Source: Leucoraja ocellata
Lineage: Eukaryota
Direction: 5' to 3'
NCBI GenBank assembly: GCA_036785375.1
Contig: JAWMAR010002559.1
Span: 62,001-125,167 of the forward strand
Length of the DNA stretch: 63,167 nucleotides
Both the position numbers and the translations under genes were made by a program. Of the stretch, positions 1 to 11,084 are shown piece after piece. The notes under the pieces were generated by a model, which saw nothing but the letters and a program-made list of their open reading frames with translations, did no database searches and was not told the origin of the DNA. How positions within the stretch are numbered: position 1 is the stretch's first letter; each line of letters starts with the position of its first letter.

Positions 1-490
1 AATAGAGAGAGTACAGTGGAGATTTACTAGAATGTTGCCTGGGTTTCAACAACTAAGTTACAGAGATAGGTTGAATAAGTTAGGTCTTTATTCTCTGGAG
101 CGCAGAAGGTTAGGGGGTACTTGATAGAGGTCTTTAAAATGATGAGAGGGATAGACAGAGTTGATGTGGACAAGCTTTTCCTTTGAGAATAGGGAAGATT
201 CAAACAAGAGGACATGACTTCAGAATAAGGGACAGAAGTTTAGGGGTAATATGAGGGGGAACTTCTTTACTCAGAGAGTGGTAGTGGTGTGGAATGAGCT
301 TCCAGTGGAAGTGGTGGAGGCAGGTTCATTGGTATCATTTAAAAATAAATTGGATAGGCATATGGATGAGAAGGGAATTGAGGGTTATGGCATGAGTGCA
401 GGCAGGTGGGACTAAGGGGAAAAAAAGTTGTTCGGCACGGACTTGTAGGGCCGAGATGGCCTGTTCCGTGCTGTAATTGTTATATGGTTA
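1..490 (+). mobile_element. CR1-clade LINE 3' fragment
   Basis: Degenerate RT C-terminus (LGLYSLERRRLRG-LIEVFK, FFTQRVV-VWNELP) followed by the 3'UTR and a TTATATGG tail; the same subfamily recurs at ~45010-45520. Confidence 0.85.
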
Positions 491-1450
491 TTAATGATCT
501 GGATGAGGGAATTGAAGGCAATATCTCCAAGTTTGCGGATGACACTAAGCTGGGGGGCATTGTTAGCTGTGAGGAGGATGCTAGGAGACTGCAAGGTGAC
601 TTGGATAGGCTGGGTGAGTGGGCAAATGTTTGGCAGATGCAGTATAATGTGGATAAATGTGAGGTTATCCACTTAGGTAGCAAAAACAGGAAAGTAGACT
701 ATTATCTCAATGGTGGCCGACTAGGAAAAGGGGAGATGCAGCGAGACCTGGGTGTCATGGTACACCAGTCATTGAAAGTAGGCATGCAGGTGCAGCAGGC
801 ATTGAAGAAAACGAATGGTATGTTAGCTTTCATAGCAAAAGGATTTGAGTATAGGAGCAGGGAGGTTCTACTGCAGTTGTACAGGGTCTTGGTGAGACCA
901 CACCTGGAGTATTGCGTACAGTTTTGGTCTCCAAATCTGAGGAAGGACATTATTGCCATAGAGGAGTGCAGAGAAGGTTCACCAGACTAATTCCTGGGAT
1001 GTCAGGACTGTCTTATGAAGAAGACTGGATAGACTTGGTTTATACTCTTTAGAATTTAGGAGATTGAGAGGGGATCTTATAGAAACTTACAAAATTCGTA
1101 AGGGGTTGGACAGGCTAGATGCAGGAAGATTGCTCCCGATGTTGGGGAAGTCCAGGACAAGGGGTCACAGCTTAAGGATAAGGGGAAATCCTTTAAAACC
1201 GAGATGAGAGAACTTCTTTCACACAGAGAGTGGTGAATCTCTGGAACTCTCTGCCACAGAGGGTAGTTGAGGGAAGTTCATTGGCTATATTTAAAGGAGT
1301 TAGATGTGGCCCTTGTGGCTAGGGGGATCGGAGAGAGAAGGCAGGAACGGGATACTGAGTTGGATGATCAGCCATGATCATATTGAATGGCGGTGCAGGC
1401 TCGAAGGGCCGAATGGCCTACTCCTGCACCTAATTTCTATGTTTCTATGT
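491..1450 (+). mobile_element. CR1-clade LINE, 5'-truncated RT and 3'UTR
   Basis: ORF 406-990 [23 protein letters not shown]...LVRPHLEYCVQFWSP; ends in a (TTTCTATG)n tail. Confidence 0.92.
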
Positions 1451-1754
1451 CTTTTGGTCGAGTGGGACGATCTTGCTCGCTGTAGGATCTTTGCTACACA
1501 CTGTCCACGGGCAACCTGGGGGATTTGCCGCACCATTGGGCACGGCGGGGGTGGAATGCATCCTTGACAAGGAGTGTAACATAGTTGTATAGTCGTTTAT
1601 TTAGTATATTTGTTGGTCTTGTATTATGGGGTGGGATCTGGTTTGTTTCATTTCATTTTCCAAATCCTCTGCAGAAAACATGTAATGATATAAAAATAGT
1701 ATCAGGATTAATCTTGCACCTGCTCCGCTATTAGATGACCATGACTGATTAGAT

Positions 1755-2432
1755 TTAGTTTAGTGTAGTTTAGAGACACAGGGCGGAAACAGGACCTTCG
1801 GCCCATCGAGTCAGCGCCGACCAGCGATCCCCGCACACTACACACACCCAGTCAAGTCAAGTCAAGTCACTTTTATTTCTATAGCACATTTAAAAAACAT
1901 CTTCTCGTTGACCAATGTGCTTTACATTGGTGGAGGTACTAACGTTATACAACGGTGGTTCATAGATTAAGTACATACATAAATACATACATATAGCCCT
2001 CCCTCAGAGGACGTCAAGAAAGGCTTGAGAGTAAAGATGAGTTTTAAGTCTCGACTCAAAGAGTCGATGAAGGGGGCAGTTCTGATGGGAAGAGGGATGC
2101 TGTTCCACAGTCATGGAGCTGCAACCGCAAAGGCACGGTGGCCCCTGAGCTTATGCCTAGACCGCAGGATGTTCAGTAACCCCAAGTCTGCCGATCTGTG
2201 GGACCTGGAGGTGGTGTGGTGGGTAAGCAGGGACAATGTACATTTACAGAAGCCAATTAACCTACAAACCAGCCCATCTGTGGGGTGTGAGAGGAAACCG
2301 AAGATCCCGGAGAAACCCACGCAGTTCACGGGGAGAACGTACAAACTCCGTACAGACAGCACCTGTAGTCAGGATCGAACCCGGGTCTCTGGCGCTGTGA
2401 GGCAGCAACTCTACCGCTGCGCCACCGTGCCG
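1755..2432 (-). mobile_element. HE1-like tRNA-derived V-SINE split by an L2 insertion
   Basis: Reverse complement begins GGCACGGTGGCGCAGCGGTAGAGTTGCTGCCTCACAGCGCC...GGTTCGATCC (A/B boxes); (TAAAC)n tail at ~1755. Confidence 0.8.
1851..2228 (-). mobile_element. L2-clade LINE 3' end
   Basis: Encodes RSADLGLL..RSRHKLRGHRAFAVAAP-LWNSIP, a typical L2 ORF2 end; (CTTGA)n tail. Confidence 0.8.
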
Positions 2433-2879
2433 CCCTTTGTCAGATTTCCAGCGTCTACATTTCATTATTATTATTACTCACCAATGCCACACAGAGAGCT
2501 GCTTGCTATGTTATAGAACATGGTGCTACAAGAGCAAGAGCTTCAGAATAGCATTAGCAACAATCCCACAGGATTGTCAAAAAATAAAGGTCTTCATTTA
2601 ATAGCTACGAGTGGATTTTGTAACTGCAGGTAAAGACTGTGTTTAACAGACTATCATTTGATAGAAGCAATTATTGTCAATGTTAATAGTTACCCGCGGA
2701 ACAGTCTGGGTTCTAAAGAAACAAAGGCTTTTTTAAAGAGATACAGCGGGGAAACAGGCCCTTCAGCCCACCGAGTCCGTACTGACCATCGATCATCCAT
2801 TCACACACTAGTTCTATGTTATCCCACTATGTCATCTATTAATTAATCTATGAAACCCAAGGTAGTTAAGGCTGGTGTA

Positions 2880-3750
2880 GCTCTCTCCCCATCGCCTGTC
2901 CCTCCTCACCGCCCCTCCCACAGCACGGCGTCCCTCGTCACCGCCCCTCCCCTCCCTCCTCACCGCCCCTCCCACAGCACGGCATCCCTCCTCACCATCC
3001 CCTCCCTCCCCCCCTCCATACTGCCCCTCCCCTCCTCACCGCCCCTCCCTCCCCCCTCCTCACCGCCCCTCCCTCCCCCCCCTCACCGCCCCTCCCTCCC
3101 CCCTCCTCACCGCCCCTCCCCCCCTCTCACTGCCCCTCCCTCCCCCCTCCTCACCGCCCCACCCCCCCCTCCTCACCGCCCCTCCCTCCCCCCTCCTCAC
3201 CGCCCCTCCCCCCTCCTCACCGCCCCTCCCTCCCCCCTCCTCACCGCCCCTCCCCTCCCCCCCTCACCGCCCCTCCCCTCCCCCCTCACCGCCCCTCCCT
3301 CCCCCCTCCCTCACCGCCCCTGCCCCCCCTCCTCACCGCCCCTCCCTCCCACCCCCTCACCCGCCCCTCCCCCTCCTCCTCACCGCCCCTCCCCCCTCCT
3401 CACCGCCCCTCCCTCCCCCCTCCTCACCGCCCCTCCCTCCCCCCTCCTCACCCGCCCCTCCCCTCCCCCTCTCCTCCCCCCCTCCCTCACCGCCCCTCCC
3501 TCCCCCTCTCCTCCCCCCCTCCTCACTGCTCCTCCCTCCCCCCTCCTCACCGCCCCTCCCTCACCCTCTCCTCACCAACCCTCCCCCCCTCATAATGCCC
3601 CTCCCCTATCCCCCTCCCCTCCCTCCTCACCGCCCCTCCCTCCCCTTCTCCTCACCACCCCTCCCTCCCTCCCTCCATACTGCCCTCCCCTTCCCCCCCC
3701 TCACCCCCTATCCCCTCCCTCCTCACCGCCCCTCCCCTCCCCCCCTCACC
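2880..3750. repeat. C-rich low-complexity expansion of CCTCCTCACCGCCCCTCCC-like units (G4-prone on the minus strand)
   Basis: Directly visible; only ~50 bp at the paralogous position in copy B (~49930-49980). Confidence 0.9.
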
Positions 3751-3779
3751 CCGCTCAGCGTATTCCACCCCCTCGCCAC

Positions 3780-3817
3780 CAAAGCTACTAGTGGAGTAGC
3801 TCCTCTAGTGACTTTGG
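3780..3817. mobile_element. ~38-bp palindromic mini-MITE (hAT-like) inside the Siglec A last exon
   Basis: CAAAGCTACTAGTGGAG-TAG-CTCCTCTAGTGACTTTG(G), flanked by CTCGCCAC (3772-3779) and CTCGTCAC (3818-3825); absent in copy B. Confidence 0.75.
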
Positions 3818-3915
3818 CTCGTCACTGTGCCCGGTGTCTCCGCTGCTCAGCACCTCCCGCATGTTGACGTACACGGCCGATTGCTCTTCCCCCTCTCCCG
3901 ATTCCCCTCCTCCTT

Positions 3916-3957
3916 TCAGCTCCACTGGGGCCGGCCCGTTCTCTCCACTCCCGCACT
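3916..3957 (-). CDS. Siglec-like copy A, last coding exon (short Tyr-free tail SAGVERTGRPQWS*)
   Basis: Acceptor ccctttccttccag; a phase-0 join to the 67-nt exon gives a stop at 3916-3918; the ancestral motif region (AVYVNM, VEYAE) lies downstream out of frame. Confidence 0.65.
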   Translation of the reverse strand, partial: SAGVERTGRPQWS

Positions 3958-4143
3958 CTGGAAGGAAAGGGAAGCAGATGGGCAGTTGTGGGTTTAGTAC
4001 AGAGCAGTGTGGCCCGGCATTTAATACCATCAGCGAGAAGGTTCACAACTCCTGAACTCCCACAGACCCAGGTTCAGCCATGTTGTTTATGTTCTCCTCT
4101 CACACACTCTCACTCTCTCTCCTTCTCTCTCACTCACGTTCTC

Positions 4144-4174
<31 letters not shown>

Positions 4175-4570
4175 CTCTCTCTCTCTCTGCTCTTCCTCTC
4201 TCACACACTCTGTCTCTCACACTCACAGTTTCACACTCTCTCTCTCCCCCTCTTGCACTGTCTTCCTCTCCCAAACATTCTCTCACACTCGCACCCCTCT
4301 CTCACACTACCTCACACTCTCTCACACACACTCATGAGGTTAGATAAATCAATATTCATACCCCCGGTTGCTAAATACTTTAATTCCCCTTCCCACACTG
4401 ACCTTTCTGTCCTCGGTCGCCTCCATTGACAGAGTGAGGCTAAACACAAATTGGAGGACAGCATCACATATTCCACTTGGGCAGCTTACAGCCCAGTGAT
4501 ATGAACATTGATTTCCCTCACTTGAGGTAGCCCTGTATTCCCTCTCTCTCCATCCCTCCCCCACCCAAGT

Positions 4571-5144
4571 AATAATAATAATAATAATAATAATAATCTT
4601 TATTGTCATTGTACAAGGCAACGACATTTTGTTGGAGCAGTCCTCCAGCTGCACAGGAATATGTATAAAAAAGAACTATTAAAAAAATTAGACTCTAAAC
4701 ATATCGTAGTATGGGCGGGTGTGTGAGAGAGAGGGGGGGAATCAGTGTGGGAGGGGGATAGAGTTCAGTAGTGTCACAGCTCTATGGTAGAAGCTGATTT
4801 TTAGTCTTGTCGTGCGGGCGCTCAGTGTCCTGTATCGTCTTCCTGAGGGCAGGGGGGTGAAGAGGCAGTGTCCATGGTGTGTGCTGTCTCTAATGATGCC
4901 CTTGATCCTCCGGATGCTGCAGGGTCCGGTAGATGTCCTCCAGTCTGGGGAGCTGGGTGCCAGTGATACTCTCCGCAGTCTTAATGACGCGTTGGAGAGC
5001 TTTCCTGTTCTCTGCGGTGCAGCCAGATTACCATACTGTGATGCAGTATGTGAGAACTGACTCGATGGCTGACCTGTAGAAGCTCACCAGCAGCTGTTGT
5101 GGGAGACGTGCCCTCTTCAAGCACCTCAGGAAGTGAAGCCTTTG
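4571..5144 (-). mobile_element. Rex1/Babar-type LINE 3' fragment inserted only in arm A
   Basis: Starts QRLHFLRCLKRARLPQQLLVSFYRSAIESVL; (TTA)n tail; AAGT repeated at both junctions; empty site CCCAAGTCGC in arm B (~49130). Confidence 0.75.
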
Positions 5145-5786
5145 AAGTCGCACCAGCTTCTCATTTTCACCCAACAAACCACTAACAGTGGCCTGTTTCC
5201 TTTATCAACGTTACTTTGTTTACATCTATCTTTCATTCATTGTTCTTTATCTCTCTCTACATCATCATCTATATAGAGTCATCCATTGTGGAAACAGGCC
5301 CTTCTGCCCAACTTGCCCACACCGGCCAACATGTCCCAGCTACACTAGTCCCACCTGCCTGCGCTTGGTCCATGTACCTTTCTAACTGTTTCTTAAACGT
5401 TGGGATAGTCCCAGCCTCAACTACCTCCTCCAGCAGCTCGTTCCATACACGCACCACCCTTTGTGTCAAAAAGTTACCCCTCAGATTTTTTTTCCCTTCA
5501 CCTTGAACCTATGTCCTCTGGTCCTCGATTCCCCTACTCTGGGCAAGATCTATTCCTCTCATGATTTTATACACATCTATAAGATCACCCCTCATCCCCC
5601 TGCGCTCCAAGGAATAAAGTCCCAGCCTCCTCAACCTCTCCCTGTAGCTCAGGCCCCTCGAGTCTCGACCGAAACGTCAACTGTTCCTTCTCGTCAGAGA
5701 TTCTGCCTGTTCCACTGAGTTACTCCAGCTTTTTGTACCCACTTTTGTATCATCTGTAGTTGAGATTAAATACAAAGTTCCACTAC

Positions 5787-5853
5787 CTGATTGGTGGCAG
5801 AGTGTGGGCTGTTGATCACATTGGTGTCTTGGTTTCCTGAAGCATCTTCCCTC
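5787..5853 (-). CDS. Siglec-like copy A, first cytoplasmic exon (67 nt, RREDASGNQDTNVINSPHSATNQ)
   Basis: ttctgtttctgcag acceptor and cag|gtagtg donor; phase 2 to 0 matches the TM exon; paralog at 48409-48475. Confidence 0.75.
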
Positions 5854-5949
5854 CTGCAGAAACAGAAGATCACACCAAGTTTACAGCACATCAGCAAAGT
5901 CCAAGTACAAAGTTGCAGTTGTATTAGACGTTGGTCATAAAGTCGTGAG

Positions 5950-7500
5950 GTCATTAATGATAGGAGCAGAATAAGTCATTCGGCCCATCAAGTCTACTCT
6001 GCCATTCAATCATGACTGATCTAACACTTCCTCCTAATCCCATTCTCCTGCCTTTTTCTCCCCATACCCCTGACACCCGTACTGATCAATAACCTATCTA
6101 TCTTTGCCTTAAAAATATCCGTTGACTTGGCCTCCACAGCCTTCTGCAACAAGAAATTCCACAGATTCACCACCCTCTGACTAAAGAAATTCCACTCATC
6201 TGCTTCCTGAAGGAACGTCCTTTAATTCTGAGACTATGTCCTCTAGTCCTAGATTCTTCCACTAGTGGAAACATCCTCCCCACATCCACTCAATCCAAGC
6301 CGTTCACTATTCAGTAGGTTTCAATGCATTTAGAGTATTGTGTTCCGTTCTGGGCACCATATCGTCGGGGAGATGTTGTCAAGCTAGAAAGGGTGCTGAG
6401 AAGATTTACGTGTATGTTGCCAGGATTCGAGGGCTTGAGCTACAGGGAGAGGATGAGCAGGCGGCTTCTCCATTCCTTGGAGCACAGGAGGATGAGGGGT
6501 GATCTTATAGCGGTGTTTAAAATCATGGGAGGAATAGATCGGGTAGACGCACAGAGCATCTTGCCCAGAGTGGGGAATCGTGGAGCAGAGGACAGAGCTT
6601 TAAGTGTGGGGGGGTAGGGGGGGGGGAAAATTCAATAGGAACCTCAGCGCTAACATTTTCACATAAAGGGTAGTGGGTGTATGGAACGAGCTACCGGAGG
6701 AAGTAGTTGAGCCATGGGAGTAATGTTTAAGAAACATTTAGACAGGTACATGGATGGGACAGGTTAGAGGTATATGGACCAAACGCAGGCAGGTGGGACT
6801 AGTGTAGATGGGTCATGTTGGCCGATATGGGCAAGTTGGGCCGAAGGGCCCATTTCCACTGTGTGACAACTACAAACAGGGGCCATTGAGTTTTCCAATT
6901 TCATGTCACTCCTGCACTCCTTTCTCCCCTCTCTCCACCCCACCCCTCCCCCACCCTAGTCATCCTCCTAGTTCCACTGTTCGCATCCTCTATTCCTGTC
7001 TTTAGCACACCTTCCCCAGCCAGCAAAGGGCCATTGTGGGCTCCACCCATCATAAGTTCAAGGAACAGAATTACGCCATTCGGCCCATCAACTCTACTCC
7101 GCAATTCAATCATGGCTGATCCATCTCTCCCTCTTCAACCCCATTCTCCTGCCTTCTCCCTATAACCCTGACTCCCGTACTGATCAAGAACCTATCTATC
7201 TCTGCCTTAACCATATTGATTGGCTTGGCCTCCACAGCCTTCCGTGGCAAAGAATTCCTCAGATTCACCACCCTATGACTGAAAAATTACTCCTCTTCTT
7301 TGTCCTTTAGGTAGTCCTTTAATCCTAAGGCTGTGGCCACTGGTCCCAGAGCTATCCCACTACTTGAAACCTCCTCTCCACATCCACTCTATCCAGGCCA
7401 TTCACTATTCATTACATTTCAAAGAGGTCCCCCCTCATCCTTCTAAACTCCAGCTAGTACAGGCCCAGTAAGTGTCAAACGTTCATCATATGTTAATAAT
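5950..7500. mobile_element. Cluster of CR1 3' fragments (minus ~5950-6320, plus ~6325-6865, minus ~7050-7500)
   Basis: HLEYCVPFWAPY..KLERVLRRFT and CR1 3'UTR signatures. Confidence 0.8.
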
Positions 7501-7532
7501 TCGCGTAAAAATGTGGATTTATTTAAACTTAC

Positions 7533-7632
7533 CGCAGTATATACTTGTAGATGAAGAATCCAGCTAGCACAGCGCTCAGTATTATTATCCCTGTTCTGAG
7601 CAAAACTTGCATCCAAATACTGAAGCTTTTAT
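7533..7632 (-). CDS. Siglec-like copy A transmembrane exon (DKSFSIWMQVLLRTGIIILSAVLAGFFIYKYILR) with an intramembrane Arg
   Basis: gttgttcttacag acceptor, cg|gtaagt donor, 100 nt, phase 1 to 2; hydrophobic stretch followed by KYILRR. Confidence 0.85.
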
Positions 7633-8019
7633 CTGTAAGAACAACCAGAGTTGTGGTTTCAGTTTAATTTATTGTCACGTGTAAACAAGGTACAGTGAAA
7701 GGCTTTTGTGTCGTGCTATCCAGTCAGCGGGAAAGACAACACATGTTTACAATCGAGCTGTCCACAGTGTACAGTTACAGGACAAAGGGAATAACGTTTA
7801 GTGCAAGAAAAAGCCAGCAAAGACCGATCAAAGATAGCCTGAGGATCACCAATGAGGTAGATAGTAGTTCAGGACTGCTCCCTAATTGTGGTAGAATGGT
7901 TCAGTTGCCTGATAACAGCCGTGAAGAAACTGTCCCCGAATCTGGAGGTGTGTGTTTTCACACCAGTGGGCAAGAGGTGCAGATCTCTCTGCCTCTCTCT
8001 CTGCCTCTATCTCTCTGTC

Positions 8020-8980
8020 TCTCTCTCTCCAGTGTTACTCACCGTCCTTCTCTGCTCCAAATTTTGTTCTGATTACAAAAGTTATGAGGTTTAAAAAATC
8101 GTGAGTTCAGCAGATCGGTCTTCTCGCCTGTCAGTCACCATGAAGGTTACGCCCCTTCTGGCACCCGCTGTTAATCATCGGGCGGGGCGAGGAGAATAAA
8201 GCCCTGGAGGCGGGACTGAGTCCTCAACCTGTGCTGATAGAGTCTGCGAGCCTTGCGGAGGAGGGAGACCAACGAAGTGACCAGCGCCCGCTGTGAGTCC
8301 CCATCGCACCCCAACCTTTTCCCCTCTGGTCCTCCTCGCTGGCTCCTTCCCCCCCACCCCCGTAAAACCACACACTCCCCCATGGCTCTTCCCCCCGTCT
8401 TTTCTCTGAGCTCTCTCCCCCCCTGCTCCATACCCCTCCCCTGCCACACACCCCTCCCCAACACCCCACCCATACCCCTCCCTCCCACACCCCCTGCCCA
8501 CACACCCCTCTCCCCAAACCCCCCTCTGCCCACCAATACCCCCCACACACCCCTCACCACCCCACAACCCTTCTCCCCACACACCCTTACCTCCCACACA
8601 CACCCCCCACAATGTCCCTGCCCACCCACCCACACCACAACCCCAGCCCACACACCCCTCTCCCCCACAACCGCCCCTCTCCCCCACAAAATCCCCCCTC
8701 CTCCCACAACCCCCTCCTCTCTCCACACACATACACACTCCCTCCCCCCCACACAACCCCCTCCTCCACAACACCCCCTGCCCCCACACAACCCTCCCCC
8801 AAACCACTCCCTCCCCCTCCCACACCACACCCCCTCCTCCCCCACATTCCTCCTCCTCCCCGCTCAGAAACCCCTCCAGCCCACATACACCCTTTCTCTC
8901 CCACCCCACACCCCCCCCTCAATATCCCCCCCCCCCCCCCCCCCGTGGGACTGAGACCCAATGGTCCCACTTAGTCTAGT
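8020..8980 (+). mobile_element. Putative non-autonomous Helitron-type element with a C-rich interior
   Basis: GTGGGAC...GTCCCAC hairpin (8945-8970) followed by CTAG|T (8976-8980); left boundary uncertain. Confidence 0.45.
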
Positions 8981-9575
8981 TCTTTATGAAAGTCCAGGTA
9001 CACTACATCCACTGGCTCTCCCTTGTCCCTTTTCCTAGTTACATCCTCAAAAAATTCCAGAAGATTAGTCAAGCATCATTTCCCCTTCGTAAATCAATGC
9101 TGACTCGGACCGATCCTGTTACTGCTTTCCAAATATGCCGCAATTTCATCTTTTAGAACTGACTCCAGTATCTTCCCACCACCGATGTCAGGCTAACTGG
9201 TCTATAATTTTTCTCTCTCTTGCCTTTTTTAAAAAGTGGGCGAACATTAGCTACCTCCAATCCCTTCCCTTGTCACCCCTTACTCCCGTTGGAATCATTC
9301 TCCCTCTTTGGAATTAACTGACCCTGCACCTTCTGTATTATTCCCACCTGCCATTGTTGTTCCACTGTCATCCCTGCCAGGGTATTTTTCCAGTCAACTT
9401 TGGCCAGCTCCTCCCTCATGTCTCCATAGTCCTCTTTGTTCAACTGTAATACTGACATTTCTGATTTTCCCTTCTCCCTCTCAAATTGTAGATTAAAACA
9501 TATTGTGGTCATCACCTCGTATTGGTTCCTTTGCCTCAAGTTCCCTTATGAAATCTGGTTCATTACACAACACTA
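8981..9575 (-). mobile_element. CR1 internal ORF2 fragment
   Basis: LNKEDYGDMREELAKVDWKNTLAGMTVEQQWQ; paralog at 44449-45000. Confidence 0.75.
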
Positions 9576-9584
9576 AGGGTATTG

Positions 9585-10135
9585 TGTAATGAGAATGTTG
9601 CCAGCACTGGAGAATTAGACAGGTACACGATGAGGTCAGGTTTGCCGGGGTATGAGCCAAATGCAGGCAGGTGGGACTGGTGTAGGTGCGACATGTTGGT
9701 TGGTGTGGGCAAGTTGGGCCGAAGGGCCTGTTTCCACACGGTATGTGTAGGAGTCATTTATGTTTCAGCCAGCTACTGTTGGCATATTATATTAGTTTGT
9801 CTAGATATTTCTAGCGCTATTATTTTGGACACATAGAGGTGGTCATTTGATGAATGGAGGGGTGTAACACATGGCTTAGTGGACAGGGAGTGATTCAGAC
9901 CAGCTACAGGAGGTGGAGGGAACACAGTTCACACAGATCGGGAGGACAGGAAGTTACAACTTGTATGAGAATAAAGGGAACCTGGTACATTCATCACTTT
10001 GTTTGTACAACTACTTCAATAAAGAATAACTGGAAGATCTGTTCTTTTTTGGTCTGTGTAAGATCACTCCTACTTACCTGTGTAGTAATGGCAATGGAAA
10101 GTTGGACATTGTAAAAGTTAGAAATGGCCATTACA
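9585..10135 (+). mobile_element. Putative solo LTR containing a small CR1 fragment
   Basis: Inverted termini TGTAATG...CATTACA, internal AATAAA (10018-10023), near-matching flanks GTATTG/GTATG. Confidence 0.5.
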
Positions 10136-10183
10136 GTATGCCCCTCTGGCTCTCTGACTTCCCTCGCCCATAAATGTCGTCAC

Positions 10184-10477
10184 CTTCCGTCCACAGATAC
10201 ACCATGAACATGGCTTCCCCGTGCCGGTTTCGGACTGAGCACAAGGCTGTCACATACTCCCCTCCCCCACCCCCTCTCAGAGCGAGGGAGCCATTCACCA
10301 GATGCCCGCTTGCCACCTGCCAGATGTGGAGACGTCCGTGGGTTTGATTTCCGCTGAGGTTGGCGAGGGGGAGGTGACGGGTGAGCTCTCCGGGTGGGTT
10401 GCACCTGGCCGCACACATACAGGTGACACTCTCAGGTGTGTGAGTGCATCCCGAATCCCGGGAAATCTTTGGCGCAT
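10184..10477 (-). CDS. Siglec-like copy A Ig exon 4 (membrane-proximal, MAG domain-5-like)
   Basis: YAPKISRDSGCTHTPESVTCMCAARCNPPGELTRHLPLANLSGNQT...LCSVRNRHG, with the extra-Cys pattern of MAG/Siglec proximal domains; 294 nt, phase 1-1; weak splice sites and an alternative in-frame acceptor at 10486. Confidence 0.75.
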
Positions 10478-10589
10478 CTGGAGGATCTGTCCTATCTGCC
10501 TCCATCACTGCCCTTGGCAGTGTGTTGCGGATGCTCTCCATGGTTAAACAGTTTACCAGGGAGTACAAGTACCTTATACAAATATCACC

Positions 10590-11035
10590 AGTCTGAAGAA
10601 GGTCTCACCCCAAAATGTCACCTATTCCTTCCCTCCAGAGATGCTGCCTGTCCTGTTGAGTTACTCCAGCATTGCAATACCAACCTGATCTCCCAGTGGC
10701 TCAGCACTTCAACTCTTCCTCACATTCCCAATCCGACCTCTCTGTCCTGGGCCTCCTCCATGGCCAGAGTGAGGCCCACCGTAAATTGGAGGAGCAGCAC
10801 CTCATATTTCGCTTGGGCAGTTTACACCCCAGCGGTATGAACATTGACTTCTCTAATTTCAGGTACTCCCTGCTTTCTCCTCTCCTTCCCAGCTCTCCCT
10901 CAGCCCACAGTCTCCTCCTCTTCCTATCTTCTTCCCGCCCCATCCTCCTATCAGTCTGAAGGGTCTCGACCTGAAATGTTGCCTATTTCCTTCACTCCAT
11001 AGAAGCTGCTTCACCCGCTGAGTTTCTCCAGCATT
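10590..11035 (+). mobile_element. Penelope-like element 3' remnant (GIY-YIG C-terminus with terminal repeats)
   Basis: PVAQHFNSSSHSQSDLSVLGLLH..RKLEEQHLIFRLGSLHPSGMNIDFSNF, flanked by CTGAAGAAGG.CTC...GAGATGCTGCC...GAGTTACTCCAGC repeats; related pieces at ~4350-4570, 13770-14280, 18630-18990, 49050-49360. Confidence 0.75.
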
Positions 11036-11084
11036 GTCTGCTCCAGAATTTTGTGTCTATCTATCACGGGACTGATCCAAGAAC

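Larger units (their letters stand above)
1445..9503. repeat. Left arm (A) of a large inverted segmental duplication; partner 44449-55102
   Basis: Collinear reverse-complement matches, including unique sequence and TE junctions: 1445-1650/54895-55102, 1659-2690/52813-53857, 3750-4570/49130-49900, 5145-6110/48150-49135, 7500-7640/47270-47400, 8980-9503/44449-45000. Confidence 0.92.

Noticed and set aside
2850-3791. 313-aa Pro-rich ORF (also ORFs over 8171-8974 and 17115-17804)
   Set aside because: Stop-free by composition of low-complexity C/G tracts; the 2.9-3.75 kb tract is absent from the paralogous arm
4029-4085. Extra small cytoplasmic exon ending GATG|GTATT
   Set aside because: No polypyrimidine acceptor, and not needed once the ancestral last exon is reconstructed as phase 0
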